This document shows, piece after piece, positions 12,099 through 25,516 of a DNA stretch of 64,000 bases (position 1 is its first letter; every line of letters begins with the position of its first letter). The translations under genes and the position numbers were made by a program. Source of the stretch: Vermamoeba vermiformis. Taxonomy: Eukaryota. Location: positions 372,001-436,000 of the forward strand of contig JBEWZL010000209.1 of assembly GCA_045837725.1 (NCBI GenBank), in the 5' to 3' direction. The notes under the pieces are model-generated. The model was not told where the DNA came from. It worked only from the letters and a program-made list of their open reading frames with translations, and did no database searches.

Positions 12099-15000
12099 TT
12101 ATACAACCCAGTCGATCGATTGACATCGCAACAATCCTGCTTTGCCAGCGTAAGCTATCCACATGCACGCTGAAAAATTAGGATTCCATTTCACGCGATG
12201 AAAAGCGCGCATCGGATCCAGCAATTGTTTTTTGGGTTTCTTACTGGCATCTTCATTAGTATTATTGTTATTCTCTTCTTTTTCTTCTTCGTCGTTATCA
12301 TCAGCATCTTTTTTCTTCTTGGTTTTAGCCTTTGATTTCTTCTTCGGTTTCTCTTCCTCTTCGCTTTCGTCATCGTTGCCGGTCAACTCATTCAACGGAT
12401 CGTATTCATTCTTGGCCATTTTTTGACTGTCCGCGAACCTCAAAATAGACTCTTCATACAACATTCGTTCAATAGTCGTTGGTTTAGGGAACGTAAGCTG
12501 CAAAAAGAATCTTAGATCAGATCTGAATCCGGCAAAGAAATTCGAATATAGGTTAATATACTTACTGCGGCCAATCTAGAGTTCTTAATGCTGTCATTTG
12601 TCGGCATTGTTTTAACGACGCCATTAGCGTCACAAGTGGCAAAGTGTTCGATGAGCGGTGAGTTGGATCCATTCTGCAAATAATGTACCTCGTTATTAAC
12701 GCATCACGTGCATATAAATTTCATAATTATCTTACCCAGATGCTGGCTGCATGATAAATGAACTGTCTATTCATGCCACTAGCATCGAGATACCGAACAG
12801 ATCCGTCGTCAAAAGCACACGTGACCGTGCTTAGTTGCGACCCAAACGCAATGGAATTTGCAATTTCTAATGTATCGTATTAATATAACTATAATACTAG
12901 GGACTGTGTACGTACTGGTACCAAAAGTTTGTTGTTGCAAGGGGCAGCTCGTGTTGCGCAAGTCCCAAAACTTGATCGAGTCGCCCATGGACACTAACAA
13001 ATCTCTCGGCGCACCTTCGGAGGACCATTGAACTAGCGCACACGTCTAACGATAGGTTAATATATATAACAACAATAGTGATGGTATTGCACATACTCGG
13101 TGAGCTGTGAAGTATGCAATGGGAATCTTGTGAAGTTGAGTTTTCTAAATAAGGAAATTGTTAGCCAAAAGTCTTAGGGTCCGATCGAACTTTACCCTTG
13201 AATTCAAGAAACTAACGGTATTCATGTTTGAAAGTGTCACTTCGTCTGGCTCATCTTTGACATCTTTCGTGCCAAGACACGTTTCAAAACTGAAGAAATA
13301 TTCCAAATTAGGAAACTTTGTCCGTGCATTTGTTTGGTTTACGTACTTGACCGTTGGAGGCTTCAATGGTGGTGGAATAGTGTTCGTTACAACTTTTGAT
13401 TCTTTGTCGTTTGGCTTGAACACGGCAACAGTACCTGAATTAAATGTCAAAATCGGGCGTGACACGTGTCAGTCAGTGATCTCTGCGTACCATCCGTGCA
13501 GCCAGTAGCAATCATGTCACAACTGGTGTTCCACGAGCACCGCCAAATGAGACTAGGGAACGGCAAGCTCACTTCATACACGGGTTTCAACTTCAAAATC
13601 AACGACGTGCCGGGTTTTACTAAAAAAGGAAATTTAAATTCCAATCGAACTAATTGTATCTTTGAAAATTCGCGACGAACCTAATTCTTTTGGCAAATGT
13701 TCGGGGTCTGGCACGGAATAAACTCTTAAAATTCCGTCACCACAAGCTGCTGCTAATAATCCCAGTCTAGGTACAGCTATAAAAATAATCAGTAAATAAT
13801 TGCAAAGGTAAAGCTTTGCACTCGTTTTTTTTTGCGTACTTTTACCGTTGACTTTCTGTTTCAAAGGTGAACCCTTAGGACACCACTGCAAGTCCCACAC
13901 AAATCCACCTTCATGTGCGATGCCTAATGCGAGGTAAGGCTTGCTCGGTGCGCCAGATTTGGCTAATTTGCTGAGTGACCATATTTGAATGATGTGCTTG
14001 CCCGAGTATGGCTTGCTGAACACGTGATATTCGTCTGAATTGTAGGCACCGACGGCTATATATTGTTCTGCTATAATAGGGTTCAAAATAAAAATTAGTA
14101 ACTCTAGTTTAAACCGCAAAGTGCAACGCTCGAAAAATACATAAAAAAATAATTAATTATTTGAAACCGAATAAATTATTAATAAAAATACTGGCGCAAA
14201 TTAGTTAGGTGATGGTTAAATATGAATTAATTGAGGTACCTTCGTCACCAGTGGATCTGGGACACCAATCCATCGCCCAAACAGGACCACCAACATTAAT
14301 CAGGAGATCTTTATGCTTGCCATCGTGCTTCACTCGTTCAATCACTTCAAATAGCTCTAATGTGCGCGGATCTGACTCCGATTTTTCAGTGCGGAAACAA
14401 AATTGTGGCGATTTTTTCGTCTCAGGGAAATACTCCTTGGCGTCACTACAATAAAGGAATTAATATCATAATTATTATTATTAAGTTCTTGGTATTAATT
14501 TTTACCTGATAACAGCTGCTTTAATATCGTCAATGTTCGGCATCCAGTTCTCGAACAAAAATTTGAGAGAGTCCAACGATTTTTTCATTTCTTCACGGAT
14601 TTTAGTCCTATTTACATATTAAATCGTTAGTATTGCCGTATAATTCCCTAATTATATTTCAATATAAAGAAGTTAAAGTTGGATCAGGCAGATCTAACGC
14701 CGTTGTGCGAGCCAAGTTTAAATATAGCGCTATAATAATACTTACATCTCCTTCGAGTGGTTATCAGGCGTCCATACTTTAGGAGGTCTCGGCTGTCGTC
14801 CCTTTTTGACGTATTTTTTGGGAGTTCTCACTTCACCTTTCTTCGGTCGTCCGCGTGTCTCTTTTTTCTTCGGAGTATCTTCCGACACGACAAAATCTTC
14901 TTCATTGACCTTATCGCCGTCATTTTTATCTGTTTCATCGGTCGTTTTGGCTTCTTTTCTGGTTTTTGTTTTTGGTTCTTCGACCGGTTCTAACTGTTCT

Positions 15001-15580
15001 TGCTCCTCTTCTGCGCTTTCAATTTCTTCGTCTGACTCTTCTTTGTCTATAATACGAGGAATATATAAGCATTGGTGTCATTGATCAAGATAAACATAAA
15101 AATCAGATCCAACAATTGTTAAATTGTCAATTACAGCCGATAGTTAATAAATAATATTTCGGCATTTTTTCGAAGAAAAATATTAATTAATTAACTACGG
15201 TTGCTACGCAAGCATTGGTTCAAGTATTAAAGGACGTACCTAATTGAAAATCATTATCTTCAATACTGTCGTCCGCTTCGCTCATGTTAATATCCTCTTC
15301 TTTATCATTTTTATCTTCAGTGTCCATAGCATCATCGTCTTTTTTCTTTTTAGGACTCTTCCGCTTTGAAAAATTGAGTTTTGTTTGCTTTAATTTTCCA
15401 TCGTCTTCTTGACCTTTCTTTGCACCTTTTTGAGCTTTGCCTCCCTTAGGAGTCTTTTTAGGAGTCTTTTCTTCTTCGCTCGCAGCTTTTTTCGTGGTTT
15501 TGGACTTTTTCGCTGGCGTTGTTTTTTCTGCTTCGGGATCTGCTTCAGCTTTACGCTTTCTGCCTCGCGTTTCCACCTTC
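12099..15580 (-). CDS. GTF3C2: TFIIIC WD40 subunit (GTF3C2/Tfc6-like); start uncertain
   Basis: Charged N-terminus, NVGGPVWAMDWCP, IQIWS, LGIAHEGGFVWDLQWCP, PRLGLLAAACGDG, C-terminal HRVKWNPN..WIAYAGKAGLLRC. Confidence 0.85.
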
Positions 15581-15757
15581 TATTAACGAAAATAGTAAAT
15601 AGACTGCATTATTGAACGGTGAAATGTGAATGTAGCGCCGAAGCAAAGATCGCTTGCCGATCTCGAAAAAAATTTTGTTGGCGACCAACACAAAAGTCAC
15701 CCAATCACATAAAATTTAATTTATATTTTTTGGGAATTTTTCTTTGCTTTCAATTGG

Positions 15758-15988
15758 TTATTTTACCTTGGCGGGCTTTTCGGTATTTTTGTCATCTGCC
15801 GCTTCTTTGTTTGTAGTAGCATTATTGTTGTCCTGCTCCGATTTTTGGGCTTGGGTATTGCCTTTATTAGCTTCTTTGTCGTCACCCGCAGCGGATTTAG
15901 CGGCTGCATCTGATTTTTTTGCAGATGCCCTCCTGAATGAAGGCATGCTGCCCAGTGACTTCTTATTCAACTCCTTATCAGAACTCAT
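15758..15988 (-). CDS. Small hydrophilic Lys/Ala-rich hypothetical protein
   Basis: ATG-initiated 76 aa ORF with coding-like composition in AT-rich flanks. Confidence 0.5.
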   Translation of the reverse strand: MSSDKELNKKSLGSMPSFRRASAKKSDAAAKSAAGDDKEANKGNTQAQKSEQDNNNATTNKEAADDKNTEKPAKVK

Positions 15989-16219
15989 ATTAGGAAATAT
16001 TATTAATTAATATGAGGCGTGCCGGAGTTGTGTGAACGAGTTGAATAAAATAACCTGGATAATAAAATTAGTATTGTTCATAAACAAATCAAGTAGATGG
16101 CCAAAACTGATGTTAAAAATAGCGAACATTCATAGGAGGGTAAGTTCATTAAATTTAGACCGGCAAATGAGCCCGATCTGACGTTGTTAATGAAGTTGTC
16201 AGATCTCCGTTTATTTTAT

Positions 16220-16943
16220 CTTCCCCGTCAGAAGCTTGAGGACGGAGTTTCGACCGGAGTTATAATTTCAATCAAAATTAATTATATTGGGGGTTTAAAC
16301 TTTCACAAGGTGACTATATCGTTATAGTACCCTATTTGTACTACTTTCTTTATTAATTTTCGTCAGATTCAACCTTCTAATTCAACAAACGCGGATCTGG
16401 TCGTTTTTTTTAGGGAGGCAAAATTTGCCGCCATTTAAGTAAGACCTCTGTTACAAAGCAAGTAATCGGGCGGTTGGCATATATATATTAATAGTTATTT
16501 AAATATCTATATTTTGAACCGAAAGGTCCTACTTTTTTTCGATCCGGTAAAAGTTAAACTCAAAATTAGCGGATCTGACCCAAAAAAGAGGGTCAAAAAA
16601 ATGTGATTTTGCTTATATGAAAAAAAAAAGGGTATGTTTTCGGTTCAGATTGTACATATATGATATTATATCGTAGTTCTTGGTTTTAATTTCCCAATAA
16701 TCATTGCTGTAATGAGGACACTCGTTCGGAAGCAACGATATTTTGTGCCCTCAATTTTGCGACTATAATTAGAATGCAACCACTTGAGTACCAGTTGCAT
16801 TCCGCTAAAATAATACGAACCATTATCTCCATCATTAAAATATAATTGCTAATAAAATTGGTGCTTAAATTGCCCTCTTAATAAAATTTAATAAGAAATT
16901 TAACTCCGGTCGAAACTCCGTCCTCAAGCTTCTGACGGGGAAG
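16220..16943. mobile_element. MITE (724 bp) with perfect 43-bp TIRs and TTAT flanks
   Basis: CTTCCCCGTCAGAAGCTTGAGGACGGAGTTTCGACCGGAGTTA at 16220-16262 and its exact reverse complement at 16901-16943. TTAT lies immediately outside both ends; the interior is non-coding. Confidence 0.9.
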
Positions 16944-17110
16944 TTATTATCTTTCTAATATTTTATTTTTATCAGTGCTGGTATGCCTCAATAAGGTACT
17001 TGTCAAACACGACTGTACCAACGAGTGAAAGAATTTTTAAAAATGTTTGCAAGTCACGCCATTATTGCTCCAAACCAGATGGCGCAATTTTTAACGCGTA
17101 CAGGCTAAAT

Positions 17111-20100
17111 ATGCATCCTACTAGCGTAGCAGTAAGTACAACATAAATAGTGTTAGTAGTTTAAGCGTAGTGCTGAACGATTTTATGGAGATCTTACAAG
17201 ATCTGAGATTAAACGGTATTAATTGACTATTTTAGGCGAAAAATGTATTAAATAACCAACCATATCAAAAACTGGCCTTAATTTCAAAGAAGCCTATCGA
17301 AAGCAGCCTTATCAACGCAACGGATCCACAACAAAAATCCGATCCCCGATCTGCCTGCTCTACCAAGCTGACATACCACAATACTAATATGGAAGTCGTA
17401 TTAATCGACATGGATTTCCTAGAAAAGATTCATGTCTCAAAAGCATGCCTAGAGTCCATTCAAAAGTTCAACACGTTATTTTTTTTGCACATGCTCAGAA
17501 TCGACGCGGATCTACCAGCAAATCTGTTCATTATACCAATCCACGCCATAGTATACCGCGACAATAAGTATCAAGTGGATAAAGAGAAGATAGACGCATT
17601 ATTTAAGACTGAAAATGCCTTGGAAATAATGAAAAACGTCTTAGCGAAAATTAACGGCGAAAAAGCAGATTTAAATTCGAAGAAATTGACCGCAGAAGAT
17701 GTAGCAAAGATAGACGATATTAATTACTATAATTCAAATGATATGGTCACATTCGAAGGACTCAAAAGAGTAGAACAACTCAATATTTTCGAATCAATGC
17801 AAAATAACGAAGGAATATTCAGAAAACCAACCGCAGAGCAAGTTTCCCGCGCAAAAATTGCTGCAAAGGAACCGGATACCAAAAAAAGAAATGTTGTCAC
17901 TGTCGCATCCTCAAAGAAAAATTGGAGATCTACTTATGATACCGCTAGTTACCCACCCCAGCCTGAACAACCAATAGGCGTCGAGCTAGGCAAAGAATTG
18001 CAAGACAAAATCAGTCCTGCGTACAGATCTAAAGCTGAAAAAGCAATGGAAGAAATTCGCGGCGAATTGATTGGTCGTGTCGCCTTCGCACCGTATAATG
18101 AACGCCATTATACTCTTAGGTACACACAACTTATATCTTTTGTTACATGTACGCTTTAGCCAATCCATATTGAAATGTCTCCTCAGATCGGATCCGCACT
18201 TTGCAATTATCTCTTTCGTGATATCGATCTATATACTCAAGATTTATACCGATCCAATGCTAATATACTTTTCTTATAGAGATGTTGAATTTTTGCGAGT
18301 CCCCACATCCAGTTTTTTGGTACGCGGAAAGCATCCGATGTAAGAACTACAAAATTGCATTATAAGTTACTCTTTATTAATACCAAATACTTAATATAGA
18401 GTATATGAGACGTTCCATCGCCATTATATGTTCCGTTGCGAGCAACAAAAGATCGAGTCACAAGTACGACAATTTGACCAGCCATTATTGCTGCCATTAG
18501 AAGACGTTAGAAGTAACTTGCCAGTGCTGTTTTATAAATTCTTGCAATCCTATCAGCCCATGTTGTTGAGCAAAGCAGAATTGAGCAAAGTCTTGCAATA
18601 CACTTTTTCATCCCCGGAGTAAGTCAGATGCGACATCGATCTAAAATCCTAATTATTATTCAATTTATTTGTATTAATCATATTTATAATGTAGATCATA
18701 TTCGTTGTATCAAAATCGAGGCATGGCAATCCACGACTCGGGAGATCCAAAGCGAGCTCATGCGATTTTTCCTGAGCTGACCGAAATATTCCCAAAGGTA
18801 CTATTAACCATAATATGCAAACGTATATATACTAATATGCTATATAGAGCATTGATCCAGGAATGCTGTACTTTGGCGAGTTCTGTAAGGATCTGCTACG
18901 CAGTATTTGGTTCTGGACCCAAGTCCCGAAGATTGAGTCTATATTCAACATCAACTATAAGGACAGAATATTATTGAAACAAGTAAGATCATATTATTAA
19001 GGTAATTACCCGAATCAGTTCTAATTGTCGCATTTCAGATCTTCTATCACCACTCGTTCCTGAATGGATTTGAGACTGGCAATAAGTTAGCGCAGCTCGG
19101 TGACCTGTTTTCATACTTGGTTACCGTACAGCTTACTTTTTGCAAGTCATTCACGGATAAGTCTACGATCAAGCATTTTGTCGCTTACAGGTACTTCCTT
19201 TGAACGCTAAAATTATGAAATCGATAATATCAGCGTCTATAACTAAATAGCTGTATAATTACGAGTCAAATTACCTACGCGATGGACTTCGAATATGGAG
19301 CAATTTTGTTCGCGTTGAAAAAGTTTGACCAAAATTCTTTTATTAGGGACCGATTAATTACAAGACGAAAGCTTTGGGATATCGCAGACTCTTTAAATTT
19401 GGTTCAATACGCTTTTATTGGATCGAAAGTGTTCAATGCTGATGCCACTCAGATCCAACAGATCAACGTTGAATTTTTATGCCGAATCTTGGGTACGTGA
19501 GAAATCAAATACAATTATTAGTAGCTCATATATTGTAGGCTCTATTCTCATCGAACAAGGCGTTGATACGGGCATCAAAACGGTCTTAAAGTTCTTCCAA
19601 CATGAAATTCCTTATTTGAAAGAATACAGCCTGGATTCGACTCTTCAAATCCCTTCTGCGGGTAATTATGTCGCATTAGCTATCGTATCAAAGCGCATTC
19701 TAATTTTCTGAAAGAATCGCCGGATCTGCTTGAGAAACTCGAAAACGCAGAAAAGCAGCTCAATTACAGCTTCCCTGGACAAACCAAGGGAAAAATCATT
19801 TATGTACGTCCATACGTTATCATAATAGATTTATTTTAACGAAAACTAACGAGTAATAGGTCCTAGACAACCAACAAAAATATGAGTCTCAAATTTTAGA
19901 ATGGCTCGGCGATGCTGTACTAAGAGTAAGAGTCATAAACAAGTATAATTATACATATTAATAATTTTATTATTTAGATCGCTAACAGCATGTACCACAT
20001 TAACACGATCCACAACCAAAATTTAGCCGCAATTCTTGATATCGGTAACTCGAACAGCTTCTTGGCTAGAGTACGTACCATGATTCATATTGTATGTAAT

Positions 20101-20477
20101 ATTGATATTTTTTCCTAATTAGGTAATGCAAGAATTATTCAATTACAAAGTAACATCGTTAAAATCGTTGAAAACTTCCGCGGATGCGTTCGAAATGGTC
20201 GTCGGTACGTCTCGCGATTGCATCATAGATTTATAAGTACTTATATTTCTATACAGCCGTTTTATATTTGGAAGCGGGCTATTCAGAGGTTGAAAAATTC
20301 GTGCATAAAATTATGGTATTATATGAGCCTAAAGTCGAAGAATGGAGCCAACAATTGGTGAAGACAGCAAGCACTAACACGAATAAGTTCACTTTCTTAG
20401 CCCCTCCTGAAGACAAATCATCACTTTCAACCACTTCTAAGAAAACTACTCGGATCGTACATTCAAAATCGAGATAA
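17111..20477 (+). CDS. Dicer-like RNase III (platform, putative PAZ, RNase IIIa, RNase IIIb; no helicase or dsRBD seen)
   Basis: Platform-like LESIQKFNTLFFLHMLR; IESIFNINYKDRILLKQIFYHHS...NKLAQLGD (IIIa); EKQLNYSF...QILEWLGDAVL...KTSADAFEMVVAVLYLEAG (IIIb). Confidence 0.8.
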
Positions 20478-20658
20478 AAACCAGTATTCAACTTTAACTA
20501 ACATATCTTGAGTTGCTCGTGGATATAGCAAGTAGAATCGTATTAATTTTGACATTTCAATTTTGTAGCAGTAATTCACCGATAATTCGAAAACACAAAT
20601 CAATTTCGAGAATAACTCAAAAACCTTCATTTCATCCTTTAAAGATCAGCGATGCAAC

Positions 20659-22428
20659 ATGGATAAGATATTAAAGGTAAAGTGGCATATCAATACTAAA
20701 CTTGCTAATCTATTACTCGAGGTTTGTCTCTTGGGTAGATGCGGTGTTGGCAAATCCAGCTTTTTACGCCGACTCACGAAAGGATCTTACAGCCAATTGG
20801 AGCAACCAACTGTCGGAGTAGACGTGAGTACTATATTTCTAGTATAGCAAAATAATCCTGCTTTAGTTTAAGGCTGTAAATACTCATTACGAGGGAAATG
20901 AAATTAAAGTTCATTTATGGGACACTACGGGCAATTGGAGGTAAATAACATGTAAAAGCAAATCACGATTATAACAATGATTTTTCCGTAGATTTACCGA
21001 AATTGTCGAATTGCATGTAAGCGGCGCAGATGGAATTCTATTCTTTGTCGATGTAACGGATCCGTCTTCGTTGCATGATCTTCAAGCTAGATGGGTGCCT
21101 ATGGTACAAAAGATGGCACCTGATATGCCGAGACATCGACAAGTCATAATTGGTCTGCGAACTGACTTGAAAAAACAAGTTAACGAAATTTCATGTCGCG
21201 CAGCAGAAAAATTCGCGGCGAACTTAGGAATGCCTTACATTGAAGCTAGTGCCTTAAAAAACATTAACATAAAGGATTCCTTCGCGCTCTTGGTCGCGAA
21301 TATGTATGAATACTCACCGTATGTCACAAACCGAATCTGATCCTTTTTTTCGATAGGAACTCAAAAACGCCAATCTATCACCTGGCGCCAAGTATTACTA
21401 ACAATAAGAATACTTGCATAGGTACGACGACGTATTACCATTTCTATCGAACTAACGTCTCATAGAAATTCCGATGGATGAAATCTCTATTATTTCAAAA
21501 CTTGGCGATGGAAATTACGGCGAAGTTTTTCGCGCTGAGTGGTGTGGCCTTGAAATCGTACTTAAAAAATTCACAGTGGACACCGATATGGAAGAAGTTA
21601 ATAAGTCAACGTAAGATCCAAAACTCTTACCGAACCAATTCTTACTTGTATTTATAGACTGTTGTTACACAACCATATTGTACGAGCAATGGGCATAGCA
21701 CGAGACGCCAAGACGAATGAAATCATGCTGATCATGGAATTCATGCAGCACGGCTCACTCGAAGACTTGCTCTATCCGAAACATCCAACATGTCAAAAAG
21801 TGATACTCGAGTGCCAAGACGTCATTCAGATAGCTTTGGATATCGCGACAGGATTGAAATATCTTCACTCGCAAAGCCCGAAAATAATCCATCGAGGCTT
21901 AAGTAGCGCAACTATTCTGGTAAGTCACCTACTGTGCTGTCAGATATAACGCACTAACGCTTTGTAGCTCGATAAACACAGACGAGCTAAAATTGCCAAC
22001 TTTGGAAGTATGAAAGTTCACAGCGCGAACTCTGCTGCCACAGCTGTGACCGATGAACCAGGATCTATTGCGCCTGAAGTACGAGCTGAAGAAGAATTCA
22101 ACGAGAAAGCGGATATCTATTCGTAAGTCATTATGATGAAGTATATTACCTATTCTTATTATTGTATTTTAGCTTGGGAGCGCTGTTGTTTGAAATGTTG
22201 ACCAGCAGCAGATTGCCGGCACTGGATGCAAAAAGCAGATCCAGAAGGATTAAGCAAAACATCACCGACAAAGATTTTCAGCGCTTGATACTGAACTGCT
22301 GCAAGAAAGATTCGACGCGCAGACCGAGCATTGAACGCTGCATTGACGCTTTGCACAAAATGCAAAGAAAAAATACCACTATTGCTCTCAGCAATAACGA
22401 GGAAGAACCACCGTTGATTGAACACTAG
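20659..22428 (+). CDS. Rab/Rho-like small GTPase fused to a TKL-type pseudokinase
   Basis: GRCGVGKS, WDTTG, GLRTDL and EASA are spliced in frame to LGDGNYGEVF, IVLKK, HRGLSSATIL, KIANFG, APE, KADIYSLG. Confidence 0.8.
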
Positions 22429-22482
22429 TACTTTTGTTATTAGTAAAGTTTTTTTTATTTACATGCGCATATTGATACATCT

Positions 22483-23427
22483 TTAGCAAGTACAATTGCC
22501 TTTGTCCACAGTAGAATCGGGCTTTCGAAGCTTGTCCAGATCTATTTTATCCAAGTCATTGACTCGATAAATGCCGTCGTCTCGTGCTTCTAGTGCGATT
22601 TCAGCAGCCTTGTTAAACGTTTGTTCGACATTCATAAACTCTTTTGCACTGTTTTTAAAACCCGGTCAAATCTATGCTTCTCTACTCCAATATGAATGTT
22701 AAATTACGTACCTTGTCTCGATATATACTGCATGCTTCTTGTCTTGACACCACCTAAGTGCTCGTGCTTGAGGAACCTAAAAATTGAATTAGGAACTGTT
22801 ACTCGATGTGCTCAAAGTCATCACTTACAACGCGCTCATGTTCGAGATCTGTCTTGTTTCCAATTAAAATTACAGGGCAATCTTCAGGAACACCAGGCTA
22901 AACATCATAATTAACGGATGGATCGAATAAAGGATAGAATTGAAATACTTACCGTGGCTATGAATTCATCATACCACTTCTGTACATTATCAAACGTCTT
23001 TTGTCGAGTAACGTCGAATACGATAGCGCATACTTCGGTGCCTCTATAAAATGCACTGCCGAGGGTACTATTTAAATAAAATTTAATAAATGTTGGAAAT
23101 TTCTTTCAGCATCAGTAACTTCTGGTGCTTAGGGCTAATAATATCGCTATAATTAATACCTGAATCGATCTTGACCTGCAGTGTCCCAACATTGAATAAC
23201 AACAAGTTGATCCTTGACCATCACTTCTTTGGTAAGGAAATCCGTTCCGATGGTCGCTCTGTAATTGCCAGAGAACTTTCTATTGATAAATTGTTCCAAA
23301 AGGCTTGTCTTGCCGACAAAAGAGTCGCCTGATTTAAGAAGAACGCGCTTAGAATTGAGATCCATCCGCGTAACAATATTGAATTGGACTTACCGATGAC
23401 GACACACTTAGTAGTTGTCTTACGCAT
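22483..23427 (-). CDS. Rab7-like GTPase
   Basis: [48 protein letters not shown] and C-terminal CTC prenylation motif. Confidence 0.9.
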
Positions 23428-23651
23428 GTTGTTAGATGTTCGTTAGATATTATTTTAGGTTGAACAAACCAATTTGTAGTTTTTCTTGGTCGGCTTCTGT
23501 TGTTGAAGCAGTGCACTTCTGGATGTCGAAATTCAGAGAATAAGAAAATTTCCAACGAAATGGCAGGGCTAAACCCTTGCGAAATTGAAAATTGATATCA
23601 CGAACCGTCTGTAAAGAATCAAGGAACACAAAAGTAGATTCGACTTACATT

Positions 23652-24499
23652 TTATTGGAGAGGCGTCAAAGGCTTATTAAGGAAGTACTGATAGCACTCC
23701 TCGACAAAATCCTGTTGGCTATGCGTTTCAATCGATCCTGGTCGCTTTTTGCGAACCAGCGCGATGGCATCTGTTGGATTCATTTTTTTGACCATACAAA
23801 GGAAACAAGCGATTATAGTACCTTAAAATATAAGGCAAATTAATATCATTAAAGCCAATTTTACCCACAAAACATAATAGAGAACAGAGACGTACCTGTT
23901 CGGCCCATCCCTGCGTGACAATGCACCACGATAGGCTTTGTTTGATTTGATACTTCACTGAGCAATAACTCCATTTGCGACATTTTAGGCACTGAAAAAT
24001 CTGTAAAGAGAAGCAAGAGGTCAAAAGTCGTGTCAAGGAAGCAATCTGGGTCAAGATCTTACCTGTGACTGGAATATGAATTATTTTGGCTTTTTTGGAT
24101 ATCTCGGTAAGATCAAATGATAGAGGGTGCTCTGTGAGTGTGATTACGAGTCCGTAATCGATCATCGAATGGAGATCGAGCAACTGCTTTTCTTCACTCG
24201 GGCACCTCATGCCTCCAATAACACCATCTAAATTTTAAAATTAATTCCATGCTAATTGATATTAATATACGGTTACTAGCGATTGGTAATTAATTTGAAG
24301 CAATCAAAAATTAATTTGTGCTAATTAAAATTAATTAAAGATTTTAGGCTGCACACGTCTATTAAGTCAAATACTCGTGCATAAATTCATTCTTTACCAA
24401 CTAGATATTATTAAGGTTCATTAATTACCTTCAACCCACGAGAAGCCGCAGGGAGCTTCATTCCTCTTGGCGTACGCCCGCTTGATGGCTTCCTCCATT
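23652..24499 (-). CDS. Dual-specificity phosphatase (DUSP23-like)
   Basis: FSWVE, VITLTE, HIPVTDF, VHCHAGMGRTG, RPGSIET..Q. Confidence 0.88.
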
Positions 24500-24693
24500 T
24501 ATTTTTGCTATATGATTAAATATGAACGCTGTTAGTTGTTTTCTATTTACATTGTAAGGATAATCGCTTTTGTATTTGGCAACGCCCCAAATTCCCAATT
24601 TCGGTGAATTTATAATAATACTGCCTCGTAACTTCATAGGAATACTGCAAAGGCAATTTGGGGTTATTTTTGTTTATTGTATTACACACGATA

Positions 24694-25516
24694 TTATTCC
24701 AAAAAGTCGAAATCGTCCAACATTTCGTTGTAAGCCAAAACCTTCTTCTTGATCTTGGAGTTGTCAACCCACGTAATGAAATCTTCCATCGACCGAGTAA
24801 CATGATAAGCAGGATCGGTAACTATTTCAGGACCGATTCTGATTTGACCTTGTTCAATAAAAGTAATTGCTTCTTTCAGATTCTCGCAGTACTTGTTCTT
24901 TACGAGAATAACTGGCAGACGTCGTCTGTAATTATGGAAATAATTAATTTATGATCTATAAAAGGCGCGATGTTATTGTAATCTACATACCGGCAGAAAG
25001 CTGAAGCACTGATCTTCGCGACTAACGCTAAGCTCTGTTTGGATGTAATCAAACCCATATTGTACCTATCGTAATAATTCATTAGGGTCAATTGTATTAT
25101 CATAATGCCGATACGTTGGTGCTTACAATTTATCTAGCAGCTGATCTGTCATCTTAATCCGGTAAGCATCTGTTGCCTTCAAGGCCTGTAATTGTGTCGC
25201 TAACTTCTTCAATAAATTGCATAATTTATTGTATCTATAACAAGTCCAATTAGCCAACTGATCTTGAAAACAGATCGCGATTCAGAAAATAATTATCCTT
25301 TGTTTAATAAATAATTGTCTGCGCCATGTGTAAATTAATTAAATAACACGTTTGTTATTCTTAATTGATTATTTCTTACTTTGTGTAATCGTCTCTGTTT
25401 TGGATGTGGTAACGGCGGATGATCTCTCCTTCTCGCACGTTTTGTTCATTTTTCCAGTCAAGAAAATCGACCTTCTTCAATAATTTTCGTTCGTGGAACT
25501 TTAACTTTCTCTCCAT
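24694..25516 (-). CDS. IMP3: U3 snoRNP protein IMP3
   Basis: [57 protein letters not shown]. Confidence 0.95.

Noticed and set aside
20659-22428. Roco/LRRK kinase
   Set aside because: No COR domain or LRRs; the linker is too short.
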